The position numbers were made by a program, and so were the translations under genes. From Fidelibacterota bacterium (lineage in GTDB: Bacteria; Fidelibacterota; SORT01): a stretch of 64,000 nucleotides of DNA. How positions within the stretch are numbered: the first letter of the stretch is position 1; each line of letters begins with the position of its first letter. Below are positions 1-8,036 of this stretch, in pieces. The stretch covers positions 859 through 64,858 of the forward strand of contig JACZTG010000001.1 of assembly GCA_022573815.1 (NCBI GenBank), in the 5' to 3' direction. The notes beneath the pieces were generated by a model, which saw nothing but the letters and a program-made list of their open reading frames with translations, was not told the DNA's origin and ran no database searches.

Positions 1-59
1 AACAGCGGTTGCGTGATTATGATTTGTCTGAGGAATATTTGCTCATGCATTCATTGTAA
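1..59 (+). CDS. Possible 3' end of an upstream gene (partial, ...QRLRDYDLSEEYLLMHSL*)
   Basis: Open frame from the window edge to TAA at 57-59, followed by a terminator-like hairpin. Too short to identify. Confidence 0.3.
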   Translation, partial: QRLRDYDLSEEYLLMHSL

Positions 60-92
60 AGAATCCCTAATCGGGATTAGGTAAGACTTAAT

Positions 93-129
93 AAGGTCAT
101 CGATATAAAATTCGATGACCTTGCTTTTT
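93..129 (+). terminator. Rho-independent terminator-like hairpin
   Basis: Perfect 11-bp stem AAGGTCATCGA/TCGATGACCTT, 8-nt loop, followed by GCTTTTT. Confidence 0.65.
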
Positions 130-174
130 AGCTTACAAAATATGTCGAACGTTTTTGATTGAGGATTACTAATT

Positions 175-549
175 ATGGTAGAAGAAGGAAAGGTAACAAT
201 TTTTGTGACGTTCGGACCTGAGATGCCTCAACGGTGCGCTACACCGTTTTATATGGCAAATGTGGCTATGGCTATGGACAATGAGGCGGAAATGATATTT
301 CAGATAGACGGTACGTTGTTACTGAAAAAAGGTGTTGCAGAGGGAATAGTAGCCAAAGAAGGGGGAAAGAAAATAATTGATTTTATAAGAGAAGCAAAAG
401 AAGCAGGTGTGAAAATGCGCGTTTGTTCCGCGTCTCTTCAGCTCCACGATATGACAGAAGATGATTTGATCGAAGAAGTGGACGGCGTGGTAGGAGCCGC
501 TTATATGACAGATGTAGGTATGGACAGCGACTTAGTTTTAAGTTATTAA
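175..549 (+). CDS. dsrE: DsrE-family sulfurtransferase
   Basis: 124 aa; RCATPFYMA..A.AMD, IFQIDG, and GVKMRVCSASL...GVVGAA motifs typical of DsrE/DsrF-like proteins; first gene of the sHdr cluster. Confidence 0.85.
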   Translation: MVEEGKVTIFVTFGPEMPQRCATPFYMANVAMAMDNEAEMIFQIDGTLLLKKGVAEGIVAKEGGKKIIDFIREAKEAGVKMRVCSASLQLHDMTEDDLIEEVDGVVGAAYMTDVGMDSDLVLSY

Positions 550-564
550 AAGGGGAGAAGCCTC

Positions 565-1026
565 ATCGCCGAAATAAATAATTGTGTACTGCCGGATGAC
601 CTGATGTATCATATTGATTTTAACGTTTGGGTCAGGGATAACGGCGATGGCACTCTGAATATCGGCTTGACGGATATAGCGCAAACAATGGCAGGCTCGG
701 TTATTCACTGCATGCCTAAAAAGGTCGGTAAAGTAGTCAAAAAAGGAAAAAGTCTCTCTACAGTTGAAAGCGGGAAATGGGTAGGTCCTATCAAATCACC
801 TTTTGGAGGCGAAATTATCGCCGTAAATGAAGAAGCACAAAAGGATGCCACTATTTTAAATCGAAGTCCTTATAAGGACGGATGGATAGTGCAACTTAAA
901 CCTAATAATTACGAAGAGGATAAAGCCGAATTACATACAGCCGAGGATGCGATACCTCTTTTTGCGGCATATATGTCCGAAAACGATCTGGGGGAATGTA
1001 TTCATTGCGAGGGATTTGAAAGCTGA
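565..1026 (+). CDS. lbpA: Lipoate-binding protein LbpA (GcvH-like); probable ATC start at 565, first ATG at 604
   Basis: Lipoyl-lysine motif VESGKWVGP and C-terminal Cys (CIHC). In-frame extension AEINNCVLPDDLMY restores the N-terminal Cys..PDDL.Y motif; SD GGGGAG at 552-557. Confidence 0.85.
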   Translation: MAEINNCVLPDDLMYHIDFNVWVRDNGDGTLNIGLTDIAQTMAGSVIHCMPKKVGKVVKKGKSLSTVESGKWVGPIKSPFGGEIIAVNEEAQKDATILNRSPYKDGWIVQLKPNNYEEDKAELHTAEDAIPLFAAYMSENDLGECIHCEGFES

Positions 1027-1087
1027 GGGGAGCTTAAACTGATAATTCATATCAATACGCCAGGAATCAGAAAGGTTCGCTTATTTT

Positions 1088-1375
1088 TTGGAAAATAATA
1101 AAGATCTGCTCATTAAGGTATTTACACATCCTGCCTGCAGCGGCTGCGGGAGAGCGGTTGAACTTGCATGGAATCTCACACAGGAATACACTTCGTTGAA
1201 ATTGGTGACAATTAAACTCGAAAATAAAGAAGGTCTCCGGATGGCTCACGACGCAAAAATAAAAACAATCCCTACAGTGATTTATTATTCAGGTGAAGAA
1301 GAAAAAATACGAATTGTCGGAACGCCTAAAGGATCTGAACTGAAAGATTCTTATCTGAAATTGTTAGAAAATTAA
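1088..1375 (+). CDS. Thioredoxin/glutaredoxin-like protein
   Basis: VFTHPACSGC (CxxC), cis-Pro motif TIPT, 95 aa, TTG start. Confidence 0.8.
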   Translation: MENNKDLLIKVFTHPACSGCGRAVELAWNLTQEYTSLKLVTIKLENKEGLRMAHDAKIKTIPTVIYYSGEEEKIRIVGTPKGSELKDSYLKLLEN

Positions 1376-1392
1376 AAGAACAGGAGAAAGCT

Positions 1393-2112
1393 CTGTCAAT
1401 TTATAAAGACGCAAAGTATCAGGACGTACCTTATGAAGAGAAGAAGGCTCTTTTCGATGAAGTTAAAGGCGATATGCGTTGGGATCACATATTCAATGGT
1501 TGTTATGAATGCGGCATCTGTGTAGCAGCGTGCCCTTCAGCAAGGTTCTACGACTTTAGTCCCCGTGTGTTCGTTCAAACTCTCGAGCGGGAAGATATTG
1601 ACACGTTTTATGAACTGATGAATGATTCCGTTTGGGATTGTTCCCAGTGTTTCTCCTGCACTCGCTGTCCGAGGCAGTCAAATCCCGGCGCTCTTATAAC
1701 CGTAATGCGGGAAGTAGCTGTGAACAACGGCCTGCAATCCGCCAAAGATGCGCTGAAATCATACAGTCGAATTATTTATAAAATTATGTCAACCGGAACG
1801 CAGGTGGCTCCTGATATGCTGCAGCCGGATGCGTTCCCCGATTGGGGTCCTCGTGTGAAGGAGATATCCGATAATCTTGAAGATTGGAGAAGAGCAATTC
1901 CGCCCGAGACGCTGCACACAGTTGAGCTCGCATGGGACGTAAGTATAAAAACGCGCTTGGAACTATTTATGATTTGGAAGCTTACAGGAAATCTTGATAT
2001 GATTCAAAATATCGATGAAGGAATATTTATGATACTTGAGGAAGTGATGGAAGAACTCCTTGAAGAACATGGATATGATATTGATGATTATGATAATATC
2101 ATCGATGATTAA
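1393..2112 (+). CDS. shdrC1: sHdr subunit C1 (ferredoxin-like); probable CTG start at 1393, first ATG at 1474
   Basis: CYECGICVAACP and CSQCFSCTRCP 4Fe-4S motifs, FPDWGP; SD AGGAG at 1382-1386 precedes an in-frame CTG. Confidence 0.9.
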   Translation: MSIYKDAKYQDVPYEEKKALFDEVKGDMRWDHIFNGCYECGICVAACPSARFYDFSPRVFVQTLEREDIDTFYELMNDSVWDCSQCFSCTRCPRQSNPGALITVMREVAVNNGLQSAKDALKSYSRIIYKIMSTGTQVAPDMLQPDAFPDWGPRVKEISDNLEDWRRAIPPETLHTVELAWDVSIKTRLELFMIWKLTGNLDMIQNIDEGIFMILEEVMEELLEEHGYDIDDYDNIIDD

Positions 2113-2135
2113 AAGTTAAAAGAAAGGAACAGATA

Positions 2136-3332
2136 ATGTCCGGCATAACAGTGGATTCGGTAATACCTAAGGTAAGCATGAGAAAGTTCGAAAGAACTGA
2201 AGCGCCGCCTACCGAAGATTATAGAGAAAAATTATTCGAGCTGGAAAAAGCGGGCGAAATCGAAGTGATAAGAGTTCCAGAGCCTTACGTGGAAGTCGAA
2301 ACAAAATACGGAAGATTGAAAAAAATCCCGTTGGACCATACCTGGCATCATAAATCATGCGGTCAATGCGGGCATATTCCCGGATATTCAACGGCAATTT
2401 TCTGGCTCAACAGACAATTCGGTTTTGATTATCACGACCCGAGAGACCAGACCTCATGTACTGCATGGAATTATTATGCTTCTGCCACATCAAATTCAGC
2501 CGCTCAGGCATCAGTGGCAGTTCGAAATTTCGCACAGGCAAAAATTGACGGATATTTTCCGATAATCCATTGTGGTACTAGCTACGGACACTATAAAGAA
2601 GTGCGTTCGGATCTGTTGGAATTTCCTGAATTGAGAGAAAAAGTTCGTAAGGTATTAGCCCGAATGGGAAAAACTTTGGTATTCCCGGAAGAGATTGTGC
2701 ATTATTCGGAATGGGTTCACGTGATGCGACATAAAATTGCAGATAGACAAGTTTTGGACTTCAGCAATTTGACGATTACCGTTCATCCGGCGTGCCATTA
2801 TCATAAACTCGTGGTGGAAGACGCTATTTACGATAAAGAGCTATATAATGGTCAGCGAACTGCTATTGTCAGCGGATTGGTTAAGGCGATGGGAGCGAAA
2901 CTCGCTGATTACTCTACGTGGCATGATTGTTGTGGCTTCGGTTTCCGCCATATACTGGTCAGCAGAGATTTTTCACGTTCATTTGCAACATTGAGAAAAA
3001 TCGAAGTAATGATTAAAGAGGCTAACCCGGATCTTACGCTCACTCATGATACGGGCTGCGTGACTACTCTTGATCAGAGTCAGTTTGCCGCCAAAGCCCA
3101 CAACAAAAAAGTCGGAATTCCCGTGATGTCTGATGCTCAATTTGCGGCATTGTCTATGGGAGCGCATCCATTCAAAGTGTGCCAATTACACTGGCATAAT
3201 ATGGAAATAAGAACAATACTCGAAAAAATGGGAATTGATTATGATAAGGCTTGGGCTGAATTTCAGCTACAAGTCGATCGGATCAAGTCCGGAGAAATTG
3301 ATTACCTAACCTGGGAGGATGCAGATGCCTGA
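2136..3332 (+). CDS. shdrB1: sHdr subunit B1 (CCG-domain)
   Basis: KSCGQCGHIPGY, DQTSCTAWNY, HCGTSYG, HPACH, DCCGFGFRH, DTGC motifs of sHdrB1. Confidence 0.92.
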   Translation: MSGITVDSVIPKVSMRKFERTEAPPTEDYREKLFELEKAGEIEVIRVPEPYVEVETKYGRLKKIPLDHTWHHKSCGQCGHIPGYSTAIFWLNRQFGFDYHDPRDQTSCTAWNYYASATSNSAAQASVAVRNFAQAKIDGYFPIIHCGTSYGHYKEVRSDLLEFPELREKVRKVLARMGKTLVFPEEIVHYSEWVHVMRHKIADRQVLDFSNLTITVHPACHYHKLVVEDAIYDKELYNGQRTAIVSGLVKAMGAKLADYSTWHDCCGFGFRHILVSRDFSRSFATLRKIEVMIKEANPDLTLTHDTGCVTTLDQSQFAAKAHNKKVGIPVMSDAQFAALSMGAHPFKVCQLHWHNMEIRTILEKMGIDYDKAWAEFQLQVDRIKSGEIDYLTWEDADA

Positions 3333-4386
3333 TCTGCCTGTTTTAGTTATCGGGGGAGGTCCGTGCGGGTTGGAGGCGACCCGGGGAATATCAGACCTTG
3401 GATATAATGTCATACTTGTTGATAAAGCCGAGTTTTTAGGCGGAACGCCTATTTCGGCAGACTACGCTGCGCTGACGCCTGATATGAGAAGCGCGGAAGA
3501 CGCTATGAATGAGATGATCGATGCCATAAAAGATAATCCGTTAGTTGACCTTCGCCTGAATTCATCAGTGATCTCGACTGAGGGCGACGCACCTGATTTG
3601 AAAATCGGAATCAAAAATGGAAAGGGTGAAGAAGTGGTAGATGTAGGCAGTGTCATCGTTTCTACCGGCTTTCAGCATTTTGATCCGGGCAAAGAAACAC
3701 AGATGTACGGATATTATGAATACGACGATGTAATAACTCTTGTGGATGTGGAGCGTATGCTGAAGGCGGGTACTTTCGTCCGTCCTTCCACAGGAGAAAA
3801 ACCGAAACAGGTTTGCTTTATCCAATGTGTTGGAAGCAGGGATCGGCAAATAGGAAATCAGTGGTGTTCCAAAGTGTGCTGCGGAGTCGCAACAAAAGAA
3901 GCAATTGAAATCCGGGATATGGTGCCCGATTGCCGGGTATTCGTTTTTTATATCGACATGAGAATGTATGGATTTTGGGAGGACGAGCTCTACTGGAAAG
4001 CGCAGGAAGAAAAACAGGTGAATTTCATCAGAGGCATTGTCACAGAGATAACGATGCGCGGAGATACTCTTGTGGTCAAAGGTGAAGATACTACTATGGG
4101 CAGACCGATGGAGATACCAATGGATGTTGTAATTTTATCAATTGGTATGGAACCGAGTAAAGGCTCAAAAGATATGGCAAAAATCTTCAAATTACCTTTG
4201 GAACCACACGGTTTTATTGAAACGATCGGTGGAGCGCTGAACACGGTTCAAACTTCCGTTAAAGGAGTATTCGCAGCCGGCGCATCCACAGGACCGGCGG
4301 ATTTGGAAGACTCGATATCAATGGGCGGCGCCGCCGCAATGAAGGCGTGCGCATTCATCAGAAAATCACAATTAGAGACTGCCTAA
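3325..4386 (+). CDS. shdrA: sHdr subunit A (FAD, 4Fe-4S; short HdrA)
   Basis: VLVIGGGPCG FAD motif, CVGSRDRQIGNQWCSKVCC, FYIDMR; ATG 3325 follows SD GGAGG and overlaps the shdrB1 3' end. Confidence 0.92.
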   Translation: MPDLPVLVIGGGPCGLEATRGISDLGYNVILVDKAEFLGGTPISADYAALTPDMRSAEDAMNEMIDAIKDNPLVDLRLNSSVISTEGDAPDLKIGIKNGKGEEVVDVGSVIVSTGFQHFDPGKETQMYGYYEYDDVITLVDVERMLKAGTFVRPSTGEKPKQVCFIQCVGSRDRQIGNQWCSKVCCGVATKEAIEIRDMVPDCRVFVFYIDMRMYGFWEDELYWKAQEEKQVNFIRGIVTEITMRGDTLVVKGEDTTMGRPMEIPMDVVILSIGMEPSKGSKDMAKIFKLPLEPHGFIETIGGALNTVQTSVKGVFAAGASTGPADLEDSISMGGAAAMKACAFIRKSQLETA

Positions 4387-4390
4387 CCGA

Positions 4391-5149
4391 TTGCTTTACG
4401 ACTCAATCACATTTAAGGAAATAGTAGATGCGGATTCCGCTCAGGAATTTATGAAAGAAGCAACCAAGCTAGCCAAAACGTGGGAGCTGGAGGATATTGG
4501 GAGAAAGCTCGAGGCTAAAAGCGCGATAATTTCCGGGATTCTTGCAGAGGATAAGATTGATTCGTTAAATGAAGATGATCTAAAAAAGGTCATCGGAATG
4601 ATTTTTACGATTCGCCGTAAAACCAAAAGGATATTGAAAGCGAACGGTCTTGATAATATCAGATCATCAATAACTGATTTACTTTACGGTGAAAAGCGAT
4701 TAGAAGACCGTTTTGATGAATTCGTCAATTCAATAGAATCTGTAGAGATGAAAATGCGGCTCAACTTTGCCGGCGAGCTCCTGCACTATAGCAACCCCGA
4801 TAAATATTGGTTATGGACGAATTGGATTTGGGATCCTGATACTAAAACAGGTTCTCTGCCGTTAGTGATACAGGATTTTTCCAATCTATCGGGAACGTCA
4901 TTAGGGGATACATATTTGCGAGTTGGTAAAGCTACTCTAATGGTGAATGCAGTTGGACATAAGGTAAGTTTTTCGGATATGGCAAAAGGACTTTTCGGAA
5001 CAAATTTATTCTTAGCGTGTGTTTACGCTGTATATATGTACACGGTGTTTAAAGTGAAATTATCTCAAGAATTCAATAGGATTTTACCCGAGTTGGCGGA
5101 ACTGACACAAAGGGTATTGGGTGTTTACCAAATGGAGCTTAAGAACTAA
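4391..5149 (+). CDS. shdrH: sHdrH (conserved hypothetical protein of shdr clusters)
   Basis: Lies between shdrA and the C2/B2-type gene; ELLHY..PDKYWLWTNWIWD.....GSLPLV and EF.R.LP motifs. Confidence 0.8.
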   Translation: MLYDSITFKEIVDADSAQEFMKEATKLAKTWELEDIGRKLEAKSAIISGILAEDKIDSLNEDDLKKVIGMIFTIRRKTKRILKANGLDNIRSSITDLLYGEKRLEDRFDEFVNSIESVEMKMRLNFAGELLHYSNPDKYWLWTNWIWDPDTKTGSLPLVIQDFSNLSGTSLGDTYLRVGKATLMVNAVGHKVSFSDMAKGLFGTNLFLACVYAVYMYTVFKVKLSQEFNRILPELAELTQRVLGVYQMELKN

Positions 5150-6444
5150 TGGGAGATCATAAATACGAAAAATTCGTCCAATTAGATAACGCTATTGTTG
5201 ACGGTGTGGACATTTCAGGTGAATGGAACAAGATGTACGAACCCAGGGAAATCATGGAATATGATTTAACTTATCTGGACAAGGTTATTAATACTCCCGG
5301 CGGTGAATCTATGGGTTGGTGCTATCAATGCGCCAAGTGCATAGGCGTTTGTCCCGTAGATAATGTGGGAAGCTACGGGCCGAGAAAGATATACCGGAAA
5401 CTCCAAACCGGTTATAATCTTTTTGAGGAAGCTGATCTTTGGCTCTGTACTTCCTGCAATAACTGTCTGCGTGTATGTCCAAAAGAAGTTGATATGATGA
5501 AGATAATGCCGGCAATTCGCGAGCAAGCTGTCCTTGACGGAAACGTTCCCGAAGAATTGCAGACTATGCTTCAAAACGTAGCCGAATACGGCAATCCGAT
5601 GGGCGAGTCGCCGCGGAAAAGAGTCAAGTGGACAAAAGATTTGGATGAGACTGTTCGCGATCTTACAAAAGAAGAAGATCCCGGCGCTGTTGATGTCCTC
5701 TGGTATGTAAGCGATTATTTCAGCTATCATAATCGCGGTAATGACGCAGCCAAGGCGATGGTTCGTGTATTCAACAAATTGAATATTGATTACGGTATTT
5801 TAGGAAAAGAGGAAAGGTGCGACGGCGATTCTCAGCGGTTAGTAGGAGAATCAGGTCTTTTTGAACAGCTCGCCGAGCATAACGACGGACTCTTTCAGAA
5901 ATTCGAGCATAACACGCTTGTGGTAAGCGACCCTCACGCCTTTAACGCTTTCAAAAACTTCTATCCAAAAGTCACGGGCAATGAGTACAATGTTCAGCAT
6001 TATACTCAATTCCTGTCGGGCAAGGTGGAAGAATTGAAGTCACTCTATACAACGGAATTCAAGAAAAAAGTCACCTTTCATGACCCGTGCTACTTAGGAA
6101 GACACAACGGAGAGTTTGAGGCTCCCCGCGATCTGATAAATTCAATTCCCGGTGTTGAGTTTGTCGAAATGTACAGGAATCGTCAGCAGGGGTATTGTTG
6201 CGGCGGCGGCGGCGGTGGAATGTGGTTAGATGGATTGGTCGCCGATCATACGACCGAACGTCTGTCGGAAAACAGGGTAAAGGAAGCTGTGGAAGTAGGA
6301 GCGGAGGTATTGGTTGTATGCTGTCCCTACGAAGTGTCCCGTTTTGAAGATGCGGTAAAATCAACCAACAATGACGAAAATCTTGAAGTGTGGGATATTA
6401 TTGAGATAATTGATTTCTGCATCTCCGGCGGAGCTGCAGCGTAA
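5149..6444 (+). CDS. shdrB3: sHdrB3-type fused ferredoxin + CCG-domain subunit (takes the place of shdrC2/B2)
   Basis: C2-like N-terminus (VDGVDISGEWN, CYQCAKCIGVCP, CTSCNNCLRVCP) fused to CCG domains (HDPCYLGR, CCGGGGG, CCPY); TAATG coupling to shdrH. Confidence 0.8.
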   Translation: MGDHKYEKFVQLDNAIVDGVDISGEWNKMYEPREIMEYDLTYLDKVINTPGGESMGWCYQCAKCIGVCPVDNVGSYGPRKIYRKLQTGYNLFEEADLWLCTSCNNCLRVCPKEVDMMKIMPAIREQAVLDGNVPEELQTMLQNVAEYGNPMGESPRKRVKWTKDLDETVRDLTKEEDPGAVDVLWYVSDYFSYHNRGNDAAKAMVRVFNKLNIDYGILGKEERCDGDSQRLVGESGLFEQLAEHNDGLFQKFEHNTLVVSDPHAFNAFKNFYPKVTGNEYNVQHYTQFLSGKVEELKSLYTTEFKKKVTFHDPCYLGRHNGEFEAPRDLINSIPGVEFVEMYRNRQQGYCCGGGGGGMWLDGLVADHTTERLSENRVKEAVEVGAEVLVVCCPYEVSRFEDAVKSTNNDENLEVWDIIEIIDFCISGGAAA

Positions 6445-6497
6445 GATTTTATTAAGCGTTGAAAGACAAAATAACAATTAAAGAGAACGGCTGACCT

Positions 6498-7004
6498 ATG
6501 GAAAATTCACTTGCTGTCAATTTAGCGGATGCATCCTGGCAACGGTTGCGTTCTATGGCATTGGCAACCGAACGGTATGAAAACTTTGTGGCGCTGGGTT
6601 CATCGAATATGTCAGATGATAAAAGTAACGGGAAATGGACACCGAATTTAAAGATAAACCCGCCTGAGGCTCTGGCGCTGGATTATCTGTCTATGACCAT
6701 AAGAGACGCGTTTGAAAGAGAAAATTCTGAGATAATGCTCCAACTTTCAGGAACCGAGCAAATCCAGCCTCTGGCTTTATCCGAGAAATTGGGAATGGCA
6801 GAACTTTCCTTGAGAGAAAGACTCGGAAATCTTTCTCAATGCGGATTAGTAATGAAAAATCTTGAGAGCGGGGGATATTTACTTACCGATGCGGGTGACG
6901 CTGTTGCGAACCTGATTCGAGATGCGGTGACCAATTTATCCCTGCGGATCGAGAAGGAACTCCCGGAACTCAATATAAAAAAAGAAGAACTCAAACATTG
7001 CTGA
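6498..7004 (+). CDS. Winged-helix protein, possibly sHdrI
   Basis: LSEKLGMAELSLRERLGNLSQCGLV...GYLLTDAG is a typical wHTH; position in the shdr operon. Confidence 0.6.
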   Translation: MENSLAVNLADASWQRLRSMALATERYENFVALGSSNMSDDKSNGKWTPNLKINPPEALALDYLSMTIRDAFERENSEIMLQLSGTEQIQPLALSEKLGMAELSLRERLGNLSQCGLVMKNLESGGYLLTDAGDAVANLIRDAVTNLSLRIEKELPELNIKKEELKHC

Positions 7005-7228
7005 TTGGCGAGCGCATTGAATTGGGTGATTGTGGAATGGGGATGCCTGTCATCCGCGCATGGCAGGCGCTGAAGAAACAGCCCGTCGGGGGAATAGTCT
7101 GGTTGACGAGTTCACATCCGTGAGCGGAGCCCGATATCAACGCCTGGTGCAGGTCGTCCGGACAGAAGTTGCTGAAGATGGAAGAGGACGCTGAAGGAAA
7201 ACATTTTTACGTTCAAAGGATGAACTGA
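6998..7228 (+). CDS. TusA/SirA-like sulfur carrier with in-frame TGA (probable selenocysteine, residue 42), 76 aa
   Basis: MLIGERIELGDCGMGMPVIRAWQALKKQPVGGIVWLTSSHP-U(TGA 7121-7123)-AEPDINAWCRSSGQKLLKMEEDAEGKHFYVQRMN. TusA similarity continues without gaps across the TGA. TTG start overlaps the 3' end of the upstream gene and the ORF fills the gap before etfB. Confidence 0.85.
7140..7157 (+). promoter_or_regulatory. Putative bacterial SECIS element
   Basis: ACG-CCTG-[GTG]-CAGG-T(bulge)-CGT hairpin starting 16 nt after the TGA; the loop begins with G, 23 nt from the TGA. Confidence 0.65.
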
Positions 7229-7241
7229 TAAGGGAGAAATA

Positions 7242-7985
7242 TTGAAAATAGTTGTTCCAATGCAATTAGTGCCTGATTTAGTGGAAGACCTTGAAGTAGA
7301 TAACACAGGAAAGGCTTTAAATGAGGAAGATCTAAAATTAAAACTTAATGAATTTGACGATCACGCTCTCGAAGAAGCGATACAGCTGAAGGAATCGGAC
7401 GGCGCTGAAGTGGTGGCGATGACTCTTGACGGAGAAGGCGCAGACAAACTTCTTTTTACCGCTCTGGCAAAAGGCGCCGACAAATGTCTGAAGATAACGG
7501 GTGCCGCAGCATCTGATTCACATCAACGGGCAAAGGTTTTTGCCAATGCTATCAGTTCCGAAGGTTACGATCTTGTGCTTACGGGTGTTCAATCAGTGGA
7601 CGATAGAGACGGTCAGCTGGGTCCTATCTTGGCAACTTATCTCGATGTTCCAAGCGTGAGCGTTGTTTCTAATGTCTCGATATCCGGTAGCACGGTAACT
7701 CTCCGCAAGGAATATTCAGGCGGCTACATGGCTGAGTATGATGTTGAAACGCCTGCTGTGCTTGGAATACAAGCCGCGCGGCAAACGCCGCGATATGCTC
7801 CTGTGAGTAAGATAAAACAGATACAGGAAACTATGAGTATTGACAATACGGAGGCTGGAGATTCAGGGTCAGGAAGTGGAAGCGAAATCACGAAAATGGC
7901 GCCCCCTGCAAAGGGAGAAGGAGCAAAGATGCTTGATTCTGTTGACGAGCTGATTGAAGTGCTGAAAAATGCGGGCGCACTTTAG
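7242..7985 (+). CDS. etfB: Electron transfer flavoprotein beta subunit
   Basis: MKIVV...VPD, NEFDDHALEEA, DLVLTGVQSVD..DGQLG, PRY motifs. Confidence 0.92.
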   Translation: MKIVVPMQLVPDLVEDLEVDNTGKALNEEDLKLKLNEFDDHALEEAIQLKESDGAEVVAMTLDGEGADKLLFTALAKGADKCLKITGAAASDSHQRAKVFANAISSEGYDLVLTGVQSVDDRDGQLGPILATYLDVPSVSVVSNVSISGSTVTLRKEYSGGYMAEYDVETPAVLGIQAARQTPRYAPVSKIKQIQETMSIDNTEAGDSGSGSGSEITKMAPPAKGEGAKMLDSVDELIEVLKNAGAL

Positions 7986-8036
7986 TGAACAGTATTAAAA
8001 AACAGATATTAATTTTATATAATAAATGGAATATAT

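Noticed and set aside
130-174. Promoter for the sHdr operon
   Set aside because: No convincing -35/-10 pair between the hairpin and dsrE; transcription may start upstream of the window.
1024-1098. Sec read-through of the lbpA TGA into the thioredoxin gene
   Set aside because: Read-through meets TAA after about 23 codons and is out of frame with the thioredoxin ORF.
5266-5730. 154-aa minus-strand ORF, and similar antisense ORFs such as 19120-19560, 50115-50696 and 53554-53982
   Set aside because: They overlap well-supported genes on the opposite strand and show no recognisable motifs.
1393-6444. Methanogen-type HdrABC or Flx-Hdr
   Set aside because: Short HdrA without ferredoxin inserts, presence of shdrH, lbpA and lipS1/S2, and no mvhD or flx genes indicate sHdr.
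6998-7228. Reading the TusA-like ORF as a pseudogene, or TGA as Trp/Gly (code 4/25)
   Set aside because: TGA is a normal stop for many genes here (e.g. 1024, 3330, 52087). The ORF has no other lesion, has a SECIS-like hairpin, and selAB are present. A pseudogene is less likely but not fully excluded.
7112-7306. Minus-strand 64-aa ORF from the track
   Set aside because: Shadow of the TusA-like gene and etfB; no motifs, and opposite to the operon direction.
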